A stretch of 64,000 nucleotides of DNA from Bacteroidota bacterium (GCA_026391855.1 JAPLDE010000028.1:297-64296); one strand, 5' to 3'; positions 1 through 10,336 are shown, counted from the stretch's first letter. Translations and numbers: made by a program. The notes: generated by a model from the letters alone, not told the origin.

Positions 1-3000
1 CTGGCTAACCCTCACTGTTTCCTTTATCACCACCTGCCCCGTTACATTCAGCACTTCCAGGGTTACGAGCGAATTCAGCGGCATGCTTAATTCAACGTCA
101 AATGATCCTGACGAAGGATTGGGATAAACCTCCAGGTTGTTGATGGCAACCGGTTGTATATCAGGAACATTAGCTGCAGTGTTGGTTCTGAACTGTAAAT
201 AGATGTTGTTTCCGAAATCAGGGTTAAAGGTCTTGAGGATCATCGGATTCTTTGAGTCAAAGATCCTGAAATAGCCTGAACCCTGGTCGGGATTGGCCCA
301 GAAGCTCAACCCGTCGTCACCGTTGTCGGTCATCAGCAAAGTATAACACCCGTAAGGAAGTTCAACGGTGTCGCGATACATCGTGTTGGAAGTCAGATTA
401 TGACGGTAGATGATAGTGTCTCCGTCAGCATTTTTCAGGATATAGGAATCCTCATAAGCATAAAGATTGGTCTTCAGTTCAAAGAAGAGGTGGGTGGGGT
501 AGACCGGCGGAACGACAAATTTAGAGTAAAGAGTATCATTCAGGGCATACTGGTCGTTCCCGCCATTGGGCTGGCTTACGTACATAATAAAACGGTCGCT
601 TGAAGACCCGTCCCAGTCCGGTGCAGGCAGCGACAACTCGGCCAGCTGTAGAAAATTGAGGTTTCCTGTCCAGTGAAAGGTGGAAAGAGGGGCGCCAACC
701 CTGCCGTATGTAATGTCAACGGAAGTCAGCGGGGTTGAACCCGTGTTTTTTATGGCAACCAGCGGTTGGTTACACAAGGGATTCAACCGCATATACTCGG
801 TTCTGTCGGAAGGCGATTTAATGTATTCAACGGCGGCGTCCAGCGTGAAGTTTGCCGGACCGTAACTGACAAGCTGATTGTTTACCCGGTAATTGGACGA
901 CCCGGGGTTCATAATGTACGGCAGGCTGTAGTCGATAGTAATTGTATGACCGGGTGTAACCTTAGAAGTAAGTTCAAAGTCCTTATTATCAACAACAGCC
1001 CCCGGGCACCAGCCGGCACGGTCATACACCCAGGTGCCTCCCTGCGGGTAGATGGGGTTGGTGGCACAGGCTTTCCATACCTGCCGGAGATACTTGATAC
1101 TGTCATTAACACTGATGGTATGAATGCGGGGGATAAATTCCCCTTCCTGGCCGTGACCACTGATGGCCGATCGTATCTTAAACTGGGCAGCAGCAGGCGA
1201 AAGCGTCACCTGCCTGGGCTCAAAGTAAACATTGTTGACAATATCATTATACGAAGGCACCACCCAGCTTCCGCTGGGCCAGATCTGCGATAGCGAATGC
1301 ACTGTCCTTGGCGGGGTTCCTTCATAGTAGATAAAGGTGATGTCGTTATCCTCCTGGTAAGCCCCGTCACTCATGGCCATAAACCTGGGACCTTTCAGTA
1401 CCCGGGCATAATCGGTCACATCGTAGGTCCAGGTCCTGCCTGTCAGTCCGTTAAGGTTGAGGTTGATCCCGTAAGGAGTAATGAAATTGATCAGCTCCAC
1501 CCTCATCGGTCGCCGCTGGTAATAGGTAAGCGGAAAAACAGAAAGCGTATCCTGCCCGGCAATGAAGACCGAATCCAGCACATTGCCCAGGGGATCAAAA
1601 ACATAAGTATAACCCGCAGGCCATACATAAATGGTATCCTGGACAGAAAGGTTGTTGTTGCTTACCGCATAGGAAATCACCGAAGTGGCGAGGTTCAGCG
1701 TTGAATCATAAATTGGAAATTGCTGAATATAGGTGGTATCGTATACTCCCTGGATGAAGGTAGTATTCGGTCTCAGGTCGCCTAAAACGAAATTACGGTG
1801 CAGCTCATACCCCCTGAAACTCCGCCAGCCCGGGTTAACCAGTTGGGAAGGGTAGGAATGAGGCCCCGAGTCGGCTGCGGTAAACCCGCTACCGTCGTTG
1901 AAAGAGTAATAAGCAAGCAGTGAATCATAATCGGGATGACTGGAAGAAATGTCATTCATCATGATCTGCTGGATGGCATTGGAGTCAAGATCCTTATTCC
2001 AGATACTGAGCTCGTCCATCTTCCCATAGTAATGAAGCCCGCTGCCATTGGCGTCACAACCCAACAGCCATTTCCGTATGTCTATAGGCCGGGTTTTTCC
2101 TGAACCACTGGTCCACAAATGACCGTTTTTAAAGATGCTCATCACTCCTGTTCCGGCATTTTTGGTGAACGCCCAGAAGTTCCATTTACCCCTGATCTCG
2201 TCAACCGATGCCGCCTGGTCAATACGGTCATAACCCGATGCGTCACCTCCGCAATCCCAGTAAATCCTCGAATCGCTCCACGGAAAATGAATATTGACCT
2301 GACGTTGGTTCGCTGCATTTACACCCTCCAGTATGGTGGTATTGGCCGGAAGCATGGCACTGTCGCCAAAAGCCCATAAGGCAATAGTGATCTTATCGGT
2401 AAGCGACGGATAAACGGAAGGATTAACCGTCATGTTCTGCACCCCGCCCGACCACTCCAGGTAACCGTCAGGCAACAGGCTGTGTATACAGAAATCAAAG
2501 CCCGGATCGTGGGATTTGAATATTGTCTACACCAGGCGAGATATTTTGATAGGAGAACTCCACCAGGAGATTACTGCTTCCATCCCAGGTGAAGGGATTG
2601 TAAAAGTTAAACTGTTGTAAACCTGTTGTGAGAAAAGAGGTGTTGAGGAAGTAAACCTCGGTAAATCCGTCAAGTTCAGGGGCATAGGGATCAAGGTAGG
2701 TCTGCTGGGTGGTTTTGATCCTGATCCTCAGGTTGTTGAGCATATTGCCTGTTGATTGCAATTCCATACGTAAGGCGGTAATATCCCCGGTGGTAAGCTC
2801 GGCAGCGGTCAGCTCGGCAGCTGTCCATAAATACTGGGTCCGGGCAATGGCATCGGCTGAACCCAACGGGTGATCCGAAGGAAAAACATCGTTACCGACA
2901 GACCCCGTGTTCTCACCGATCACATTGCCGTAAGTGACCGACTGCTGTTCAAATAAGGTATAGGTATACACCGAATCATACGTAAAAGCAAAACTCCCTC

Positions 3001-3340
3001 CCGAGAACTGGCTGATATCATAATTGCTGTGGGTTTGCCGCAGGGAATCCGTTTGTGAAGAATCTACCACATAGGTGTAACAGTTGTAGTCCCATTCGCC
3101 GCAGCCCAGGTTGGTGTTTGCCGAGGTCGAAACAAGACCGTTTTTACACCGCATACTGTATAACATCAGGATCTTTTCATATGTTTTGCCGGGATCATTC
3201 GGGAACATAAAAACCCCGCTTCGCATTGAACTGTCAAACCTGAATGTCCCCACCACAGTAGTGTCCCCGGGTGCCGCCATGGTTCCTTCCATCAGGCCCC
3301 AACAGGCTATCAGGCATAAAAGGCTGTATATCTGCTTCAT
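1..3340 (-). pseudogene. Peptide-N-glycosidase F-related secreted protein (N-terminal PNGase-like segment, LamG-like domain, PNGase F C-terminal domain, T9SS CTD). Frameshifted at ~2518; runs off the window edge.
   Basis: The ORF 2495..3388 (likely start ATG 3340, signal peptide) switches frame after DNI. The second frame is open from 2514 to position 1 and reads SHDPGFDFC...WSDSRIYWDCG (LamG-like), GHGQEGEF...NPIYPQGGTWVYDRAGWCPG (PNGase F-like) and LEVYPNPSSG...LNVTGQVV (T9SS CTD). The ORF track misses it because the frame has no stop inside the window. Confidence 0.8.
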
Positions 3341-3528
3341 CTCTCTAATTTTCAGCAAATATAAAGGATATTTCAACCTTCCGCTCATCCAGTCAATACA
3401 CTCATTCCGATGAAAAAATCAACTCTGACACCAAATCAACAAATTAACTTAAGAATTACTGTTAACCGGTTAAGCAGTATATTTTGCCGATGGTTAAATC
3501 ACATTGACTCATTTAACTTTTAACTGCC

Positions 3529-3864
3529 ATGACCGACAAATCAAAAGAACTCAGCGCTTCCATTGCCCTTGTTAACGACCGGCTTCATTTTACAGGAGCA
3601 GCAGACGAAAAAAAACCCATTTCTATCGACTACACCCCGCCCCTGGGTGATAACCTCGGATACACCTCATTGGAATTAATGCTCTTAAGCCTGTCATCCT
3701 GCCTGGGTTCTGCCGTCCTCACTTTTCTCAGAAGAATGAACAAGAATATCAAGGGTTTTGAAATAAAATCAAGAGGTATCAGGAAACAGGAACACCCGAC
3801 CGGGTTCAGTACCATATTTTCTGGAGATAAAGTTGGCAAAAAGATGGCATCTTTGTACCGATAA
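3529..3864 (+). CDS. OsmC/Ohr family protein, apparently 3'-truncated
   Basis: Contains IDYTPPLG..G.TSLELMLLSLSSCLG and HPTGF motifs. It is 111 aa, lacks the second Cys (CPV-type) helix, and its tail looks unrelated to the family. Confidence 0.7.
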   Translation: MTDKSKELSASIALVNDRLHFTGAADEKKPISIDYTPPLGDNLGYTSLELMLLSLSSCLGSAVLTFLRRMNKNIKGFEIKSRGIRKQEHPTGFSTIFSGDKVGKKMASLYR

Positions 3865-3893
3865 AATTCCTGAACAGCATTACATTCAATTAC

Positions 3894-5963
3894 ATGATCA
3901 TGAACCTGATTTCTCCACCAAAGGCCGGTAAATTCCTGGCCATGGCAATGGTTAGTATTGCCATTTTCAGTTCCTGTAGCTTAAAAAACAAGACCGGCCA
4001 GGTTCCCGATGCCCTGGTCTCTCATATCGATTCTACCGTCAAACCCGGTGATGACTTCTTTCTTTATGCCAATGGGAAATGGTTTAAGCAAAACCCTATC
4101 CCTCCCAGCGAAAGAAGCAATGGTCTCTGGCAACTGATCCAGGATACCATCAATGCCCAGATCCGGAATATCTGCGAAACCTCAGCGGCCATTAAGACAC
4201 CGGAAAAAGGAAGCAATAAACAGAAAATAGGGGATTTCTTTTTCACCGGGATGGATAGCGTTACCCTGAATAAAAAGGGAATTTCCGACCTCAAACCTGA
4301 ACTGGACAGGATAGACGGGATTAAAGACATGAAGGGAGTATCAGCCATGGCAGCCTTTATCCACCAGGTGGCCGGATCTCCTCTTTTCTCCTTTTTTGTT
4401 GGCCAGGATGATAAGATCAGTAATAAATATGCGGTCATTATCTCCCAGGGGGGGCTAAGCCTGCCGGAACGAAGCTTTTACTTCGATACCGACCCCAGGG
4501 CAATAATGATACGGGAAAAGTTTGTGGAGCATGCCGGAAATATTTTCATGATGATGGGTTATGATAAGAAGAAGGCCACTCAGGCAGCATCCAAACTGAT
4601 GAAACTGGAGACTTCCCTGGCCAGGGCTTCCCGCAAACTGGAAGATACCCGTGATCCGGTAAAGAATTACAATAAGCTTTCATTCAAACAGCTGACAGAA
4701 AAGACAGCCAATTTCGACTGGGCGCTGTTTACTGAAACCATTGGGTTAAAAAAGGTTGATTCAGTGATTGTGGGGCAGCCGGAATTTCTGGAGGCAATGA
4801 ACAGCTATCTGAAAACCATGTCACTGCAAGATTGGAAAGATTACCTGAAATTCCATTTTATCAGTGGACTGGCCGAATACCTGGATGATAAGACATACAT
4901 GGAGGTTTTCAACTTTTATTCAAAAACGATGCAGGGGGTAAAAGAACCCAAACCGCGTTGGAAAAGGGTGGTTGAGCAAACCGACAACTCCCTGGGTGAA
5001 CTCATCGGGCAGGTATATGTAAGCGAATATTTACCCAAAGGGACCAAGGAAAAGCTGACGGAGATCGGTAACGCCATCAGGGAGGTATATGCCGAACGTA
5101 TCAAAGCCCTGGACTGGATGAGTGAACCCACCAAGCAAAAGGCGCTGAAAAAACTGAGTACCGTGATCATGAAAGTGGGCTATCCCGACAAATGGAAAGA
5201 CCTGAGCAGCCTGGTCCTCGATCGCAACTCATATGTCCGCAACGTGATTGCAGCCAACCGCTGGGCGGTAAACTACAATATCTCCAAATATGGCAAGCAG
5301 GTGGACCGTACCGAATGGAACATGACCCCCCAGACCTATAACGCCTATTATAACCCCTCAAACAATGAAATAGTCGTACCCGGTTCAAACATCATTGTCC
5401 CCGGGTATGAACGGGTTCTGGCAGATGATGCCATCCTCTATTCGGTTATCGGAGGGTCCACCTTCGGTCATGAAATTACCCACGGCTTCGACGACCAGGG
5501 GTGCAAATACGATGAGGCCGGGAACCTGCATAACTGGTGGACAGCAGAAGACAGCGTAAAATTCTATGCGAAAACCAGGCTCATTGTTGAACAGTTCAGT
5601 GAATATAACCCGGTTGACAGCCTGCACATCAACGGCAAAATGACCCAGGGCGAAAATATCGCCGATCTGGCCGGGATTACCATGGGGTATGTGGCCTTTC
5701 AGAAAACAAAGCAATACAAGGAAAAGCTTTTAGTTGCCGGGTTGAACCCTGATCAGCGCTTTTTCCTTGCTTATGCGCTGGCCTGGATGATCAACCAACG
5801 GCCCGAAGGTATCGCCAACCAGGTGAAAATGGATGTTCATTCACCGGCCAAGTACAGGGTAATCGGACCTTTGTCCGACATCACTGAGTTCTATACCGCC
5901 TTTGGCCTCAAAGAAGGCGATAAAATGTGGCGCCCAGAAGATAAAAGGGTGAAGATCTGGTGA
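3894..5963 (+). CDS. M13 family zinc metallopeptidase (PepO/neprilysin-like), lipoprotein
   Basis: FSSC lipobox, YNAYYNP, HEITHGFD zinc motif, GENIAD, DVHSP...RV. Confidence 0.95.
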   Translation: MIMNLISPPKAGKFLAMAMVSIAIFSSCSLKNKTGQVPDALVSHIDSTVKPGDDFFLYANGKWFKQNPIPPSERSNGLWQLIQDTINAQIRNICETSAAIKTPEKGSNKQKIGDFFFTGMDSVTLNKKGISDLKPELDRIDGIKDMKGVSAMAAFIHQVAGSPLFSFFVGQDDKISNKYAVIISQGGLSLPERSFYFDTDPRAIMIREKFVEHAGNIFMMMGYDKKKATQAASKLMKLETSLARASRKLEDTRDPVKNYNKLSFKQLTEKTANFDWALFTETIGLKKVDSVIVGQPEFLEAMNSYLKTMSLQDWKDYLKFHFISGLAEYLDDKTYMEVFNFYSKTMQGVKEPKPRWKRVVEQTDNSLGELIGQVYVSEYLPKGTKEKLTEIGNAIREVYAERIKALDWMSEPTKQKALKKLSTVIMKVGYPDKWKDLSSLVLDRNSYVRNVIAANRWAVNYNISKYGKQVDRTEWNMTPQTYNAYYNPSNNEIVVPGSNIIVPGYERVLADDAILYSVIGGSTFGHEITHGFDDQGCKYDEAGNLHNWWTAEDSVKFYAKTRLIVEQFSEYNPVDSLHINGKMTQGENIADLAGITMGYVAFQKTKQYKEKLLVAGLNPDQRFFLAYALAWMINQRPEGIANQVKMDVHSPAKYRVIGPLSDITEFYTAFGLKEGDKMWRPEDKRVKIW

Positions 5964-6124
5964 TGTTGCTGTTTTGCTGATGTACTGATAATTAATCCTG
6001 CCATCAATACAATTACCCGGGCAGACGGGATACGGATGTTGAAATAGTTATACATAGAACCCGGATTATAAAGGCATCAGCATATCATCACATCGGCAAA
6101 TCAGAATACAGCACATTTTTTCCT

Positions 6125-6132
6125 TACCTTTG
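6125..6132 (+). promoter_or_regulatory. Bacteroidota sigma70 -7 box for glyQS
   Basis: TACCTTTG matches TAnnTTTG, ~22 nt upstream of ATG 6154. Confidence 0.65.
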
Positions 6133-6153
6133 CGCCCCAAAATCAATCTGTTT

Positions 6154-7695
6154 ATGGCCAATAACGAAGAACTCTTTAAAAAGATCATCTCCCACGCCAA
6201 GGAATATGGCTTTGTTTTCTCTTCCAGCGAGATATATGACGGACTGAGTGCCGTTTATGACTACGGTCAGTATGGGGTTGAACTGAAAAACAACATCAAG
6301 GATTACTGGTGGAAAGCTATGGTCAGGTACCACGAGAACATTGTGGGTATCGATTCGGCCATTTTTATGCATCCCACCATCTGGAAAGCCTCAGGCCATG
6401 TGGATGCCTTCAACGATCCGATGATCGACAATAAAGATTCCAAGAAAAGATACCGGGCCGATGTTCTTATAGAAGATCACCTGGCAAAAATTGAAGATAA
6501 GATTGAAAAAGAAGTCCAGAAAGCTGCCAAACGCTTCGGCGATTCATTCAATGAAGAGCAATACCGCACTACCAGCCCGAAACTTCTTGAATACCAGCAA
6601 CTTATTGATGATACTAAAAAGCGGTTTTTCGGTTCTCTTGAAAACAACGACCTGGAAGATGTTAAAAAGCTCATCGAGGACCTGGGGATTGTTTGCCCGG
6701 TATCCGGTACCCGCAACTGGACAGAAGTCCGTCAGTTCAACCTGATGTTTTCCACCCAGATGGGATCATTGAGCGAGGATACCAACCTTATTTATCTAAG
6801 ACCTGAAACAGCCCAGGGGATTTTTGTCAATTTCCTGAATGTCCAGAAATCAGGCAGGATGAAAGTTCCCTTTGGAATTGCCCAGATTGGCAAAGCCTTC
6901 AGAAATGAGATCGTGGCCCGTCAGTTTATATTCCGGATGCGCGAATTCGAGCAAATGGAGATGCAGTTCTTTGTCAGACCTGGCGAAGAGCTGAAATGGT
7001 TTGAATATTGGAAGCAGGAAAGGCTTCGCTGGCATCTTTCGTTGGGAATTCCGGCTACAAAATACCGCTTCCATGATCATGAAAAGCTGGCCCATTATGC
7101 CAATGCAGCCACGGATATCGAATTCGATTTCCCCATCGGGTTTAAAGAACTGGAAGGGATCCACTCCAGGACAGATTTTGACCTGAGCAGCCACCAGAAA
7201 TATTCCGGGAAAAAGCTTCAGTATTTCGATCCTGAACTGAATGAAGGATATGTCCCTTATGTCATTGAGACTTCCATCGGGCTTGATCGTACTTTCCTGG
7301 CCGTTCTCAGTAATTCTTTTACGGAAGAAGTACTGGCCGACGGCAGTGAGCGCGTTGTGATGAAGATCCCACCCATACTGGCTCCGATCAAGGCTGCTGT
7401 GTTACCCCTGGTTAAAAAGGACGGTATGCCTGAAAAAGCCCGTGAAATCATGGATACACTCAAATATGACTACCTGTGCCAGTATGATGAAAAGGATGCC
7501 ATCGGCCGCCGTTACCGCCGCCAGGATGCCATCGGAACACCATATTGTATAACCGTCGATACCCGGACGCTGGAAGACAATACCGTTACCATCCGGGAGC
7601 GCGACACTATGAAACAGGACAGGATCGCCATCCATGAGATATCCGGCATTATCTCCGCCCGGATACAAACCCACTACAAACCAACACCACAATAA
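6154..7695 (+). CDS. glyQS: Glycine--tRNA ligase (homodimeric, eukaryote/archaea type)
   Basis: SEIYDGLSAVYDYG, WKASGHVDAFNDP, LRPETAQGIF, FRMREFEQME, anticodon-binding tail IGRRYRRQDAIGTP. Start placed at MANNEE. Confidence 0.97.
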   Translation: MANNEELFKKIISHAKEYGFVFSSSEIYDGLSAVYDYGQYGVELKNNIKDYWWKAMVRYHENIVGIDSAIFMHPTIWKASGHVDAFNDPMIDNKDSKKRYRADVLIEDHLAKIEDKIEKEVQKAAKRFGDSFNEEQYRTTSPKLLEYQQLIDDTKKRFFGSLENNDLEDVKKLIEDLGIVCPVSGTRNWTEVRQFNLMFSTQMGSLSEDTNLIYLRPETAQGIFVNFLNVQKSGRMKVPFGIAQIGKAFRNEIVARQFIFRMREFEQMEMQFFVRPGEELKWFEYWKQERLRWHLSLGIPATKYRFHDHEKLAHYANAATDIEFDFPIGFKELEGIHSRTDFDLSSHQKYSGKKLQYFDPELNEGYVPYVIETSIGLDRTFLAVLSNSFTEEVLADGSERVVMKIPPILAPIKAAVLPLVKKDGMPEKAREIMDTLKYDYLCQYDEKDAIGRRYRRQDAIGTPYCITVDTRTLEDNTVTIRERDTMKQDRIAIHEISGIISARIQTHYKPTPQ

Positions 7696-7732
7696 ACTAC
7701 CGGCTGTTAACTGCCTGGGAACGTAAACAATT

Positions 7733-7826
7733 GGACACGATGTATCGTGTCCCTGCGAAATCGTGACAGTCGACTGCTAACTGCCCGGTAATGTGACCAA
7801 TTTGACATGCCATGGCATGTCCCTAC
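7733..7826 (-). repeat. Two GTAG-type REP-like palindromes in direct orientation, interspersed with ACTGC heptamer remnants
   Basis: Minus strand reads GCAG-GGACACGA-TACA-TCGTGTCC (7733-7756) and GTAG-GGACATGCCATGGCATGTC (7804-7826). Both are followed by GAAAT on the + strand. They lie between convergent glyQS and pth. Confidence 0.7.
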
Positions 7827-7850
7827 GAAATTTTGCCGACTGCCGGCTGC

Positions 7851-8417
7851 CTACTTATTATTGTATGACGTCATCGTCAGGTTGATCCCGGCCAGTCCAA
7901 AGCTTTTTACAGCTTCAGCAGCCAGCCTGATGCGGGGGATCAGCGCGGCTTCCTCGTGGCGGGTCCAGCGGCCAAGCACATAATCAACCTGAAAACCGCG
8001 GGCGTAATCGTTCCCGATGCCAATCCTGAAACGCGGAAAATCGGAGGTTCCCAGTTGCTCAATTATGCTGTTGAGCCCGTTGTGCGAACCTCCGCTTCCC
8101 TTGGGTTTAATACGGAAAGCACCTAGTTCAAGGTCAACATCGTCTGAAATGACAAGCATATCCTCTGCCTCGATCTCTTCCTTCACCATCCAGTATTTCA
8201 CAGCTTTACCCGACAGGTTCATATAGGTCGAAGGCTTGATCAGAATGAAAGTCCTTCCTTTCAACCTGAACCGGGTAACAGCAGCATACCTGTCAGTCGT
8301 AAAAGTTACGCCGGCATCCTGTGCCACCGCATCCAGTACGATGAAACCAATATTGTGACGGGTATTGGCATACTCATCACCGATATTGCCCAATCCGACG
8401 ATAAGGAATTTGTTCAT
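7851..8417 (-). CDS. pth: Peptidyl-tRNA hydrolase
   Basis: IVGLGNIG..YANTRHNIGF, KPSTYMNLSG, GSHNGL, FPRFRIGIG. Confidence 0.97.
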   Translation of the reverse strand: MNKFLIVGLGNIGDEYANTRHNIGFIVLDAVAQDAGVTFTTDRYAAVTRFRLKGRTFILIKPSTYMNLSGKAVKYWMVKEEIEAEDMLVISDDVDLELGAFRIKPKGSGGSHNGLNSIIEQLGTSDFPRFRIGIGNDYARGFQVDYVLGRWTRHEEAALIPRIRLAAEAVKSFGLAGINLTMTSYNNK

Positions 8418-8462
8418 CCTTACGCCTTTTTATTAAACAAAGTTGAAAAAAATGAATTTGTA

Positions 8463-9045
8463 TTACTTTGCAGGAGCCACTGGTGTCTCTTCAACAGCCC
8501 TGGTTGCTGGTTGATTGAACACTCACGATCATCATGTTAGGATTGTCCAGAAGCTGTAAGGATTCTTCCTTAACATTACTAACCTTTAAAGAGTCCCCGA
8601 TATCAAGACCGGAAATATCGATATCGATAAAATCAGGAAGATTCTCCACCATACCTGTCACTTTAAGTTTTCTTAGTTTTTGAATCAGTTTACCCCCCTT
8701 CAGAATACCCGGAGAGGTACCTTTGATCTTAATAGGAATACCGATGATAATGGGTTTACCGGTTACGATTTCCATAAAATCGACATGTAGAATACTATCG
8801 GTAACAGGATGATACTGAACATCCTGCATTGATGCTTTATACGTTTTTCCGTCGATGGTGAGGTCTACCAGTTTCACTTCAGGAGTAAAGATCAGGTGTT
8901 TGAAATCCCTTTCTTCCATACTGAACTGAACCTGCTGGGGACCGCCATACAGCACACAGGGAACTTTTGCCTCCCTGCGGAGTTTCTTTGCATCTTTTTT
9001 CCCTACGTTCTCGCGGAGAGAACCGCTCATAGATACTGTTTTCAT
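8463..9045 (-). CDS. rplY: 50S ribosomal protein L25/Ctc; C-terminal tail frameshifted by a 7-bp duplication
   Basis: GKKDAKKLRRE, VPCVLYG, QYHPVTDSILHVDF. CTGGTTG is duplicated at 8500-8513; removing one copy restores QSTRAVEETPVAPAK-stop (TAA at 8463-8465). Confidence 0.93.
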
Positions 9046-9050
9046 AATTT

Positions 9051-9145
9051 ACAATTAACAATTAGTAATTAACAATTAACAACTTAACATTCAACAATAT
9101 AACTTTTCACTTTAATCACTTTAATCACCTCAATCACGTCTCAAT
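9051..9145. repeat. Short tandem heptamer (ACAATTA) and nonamer (CACTTTAAT) repeats
   Basis: acaatta-acaatta-gtaatta-acaatta-acaactt at 9051-9085 and cactttaat-cactttaat-cacctcaat-cacgtctcaat at 9108-9145, in the prs-rplY spacer. Confidence 0.75.
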
Positions 9146-10076
9146 CAAACTTAAACAGCGACGAAATCGACTCATAATTATGCACCCTTCGGATGACATC
9201 CGAAAGCAGGTGAGCAGTGGTAAGCACCTTTATCTTTTGCGATTCCCGCTGAAGAGGGATGGTATCTGCGACAACGACCTCGGTAATCCTTGAGTTTTCA
9301 ATTTTATCGATGGCATTTTTACTGAGCAGTGGGTGGGTACAGAAGGCCCTGACGCTGCTGGCGCCCTCGTCCATGATCAGATCGGCGGCAGTGGTAATGG
9401 TACCGGCCGTGTCGATGATGTCATCCACCAGCACCACATCTCTTCCCTTCACGTCGCCGATGATCGACATCCTCCCAATTTCGTTGGGTTTCGACCGTTG
9501 TTTGTAGCAGATCACAAAAGTACTCCCCAGGATCTTGGCATAAACAGCGGCTCTGCGTGTCCCTCCCGTATCGGGTGAGGCCATCATAAGGCTGGGCAGG
9601 TTCAACGATCTGAGGTGAGGTATAAAGATGGAAGAAGCAAAGAGATGGTCAACCGGAATGTCCATAAAACCCTGGATCTGGTCGGCGTGGAGGTCGAGCG
9701 TGATAAGGCGGTCGACACCGGCTGCAACCAGCAGGTTGGCTACCAGTTTGGCGGCGATGGAAACACGGGGTTTGTCCTTACGGTCCTGCCGGGCATAGCC
9801 GAAATAGGGGATCACGGCGATGATCCGTTTGGCCGAGGACCGCTTGGCAGCATCGATCATCATCAGCAACTCCATCAGGTTATCGGCCGGAGCGAATGTG
9901 GACTGGACGATAAACACATCCCTTCCCCTGATATTGTCTTCAAACGAGGGCTGAAATTCCCCGTCGGCAAAGTCAGTAAACTGCACATTTCCCAGGGCCG
10001 TGCCAAAGGATTTAGCGATCTTCTCGGCCAGGTAATAACTGCCACGGCCGGAAAATATCTTAACTTCAGTTTCCAT
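9141..10076 (-). CDS. prs: Ribose-phosphate pyrophosphokinase
   Basis: FADGE, PYFGYARQDRK, DLHADQIQGF, VDDIIDTAGT. The true start is METEVKIF (10076); the ORF-track extension to 10292 is translated repeat. Confidence 0.97.
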   Translation of the reverse strand: METEVKIFSGRGSYYLAEKIAKSFGTALGNVQFTDFADGEFQPSFEDNIRGRDVFIVQSTFAPADNLMELLMMIDAAKRSSAKRIIAVIPYFGYARQDRKDKPRVSIAAKLVANLLVAAGVDRLITLDLHADQIQGFMDIPVDHLFASSIFIPHLRSLNLPSLMMASPDTGGTRRAAVYAKILGSTFVICYKQRSKPNEIGRMSIIGDVKGRDVVLVDDIIDTAGTITTAADLIMDEGASSVRAFCTHPLLSKNAIDKIENSRITEVVVADTIPLQRESQKIKVLTTAHLLSDVIRRVHNYESISSLFKFD

Positions 10077-10104
10077 GTGATTGATTAACTCCGGTTTGAG
10101 GGCG

Positions 10105-10136
10105 CAAAAGTACAAAGAAAGTTTTATTTGAGCAAA
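10105..10136 (-). promoter_or_regulatory. Bacteroidota -33/-7 promoter for prs
   Basis: Minus strand TTTG (10133-10136), 20-nt spacer, then TACTTTTG (10105-10112). Confidence 0.75.
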
Positions 10137-10144
10137 TGTTACCA

Positions 10145-10298
10145 ACTGCCGACTGCCAACTGCAGACTGCCGACTGCCAACTGCAGACTGCCGACTGCCG
10201 ACTGCCGACTGCCAACTGCCAACTGCCAACTGCCAACTGCCAACTGCCAACTGCAAACTGCAAACTGCCAACTGCCGACTGCCGACTGCCAACTGCTA
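10145..10298. repeat. Tandem array of 22 heptamers, consensus ACTGC(C/A)(A/G)
   Basis: Counted unit by unit: ACTGCCG, ACTGCCA, ACTGCAG, ACTGCAA variants, ending ACTGCTA. There are no spacers between units. Confidence 0.97.
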
Positions 10299-10299
10299 T

Positions 10300-10329
10300 T
10301 TTGCATTGTCCAAAACTTTACTATCTTTG
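10300..10329 (+). promoter_or_regulatory. Bacteroidota -33/-7 promoter for tRNA-Leu
   Basis: TTTG (10300-10303), 18-nt spacer, then TATCTTTG (10322-10329), 7 nt before the tRNA. Confidence 0.7.
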
Positions 10330-10336
10330 CCCGCCC

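Noticed and set aside
2505-2530. Programmed ribosomal frameshift in the PNGase-like gene
   Set aside because: No canonical slippery heptamer at the junction; a simple indel explains it.
3461-3479. Palindrome CTGTTAACCGGTTAAGCAG between divergent genes as an operator
   Set aside because: A single occurrence with no recognisable consensus or nearby regulator; it cannot be supported.
10145-10298. CRISPR array
   Set aside because: Contiguous 7-bp units with no unique spacers, and no cas genes in the window.
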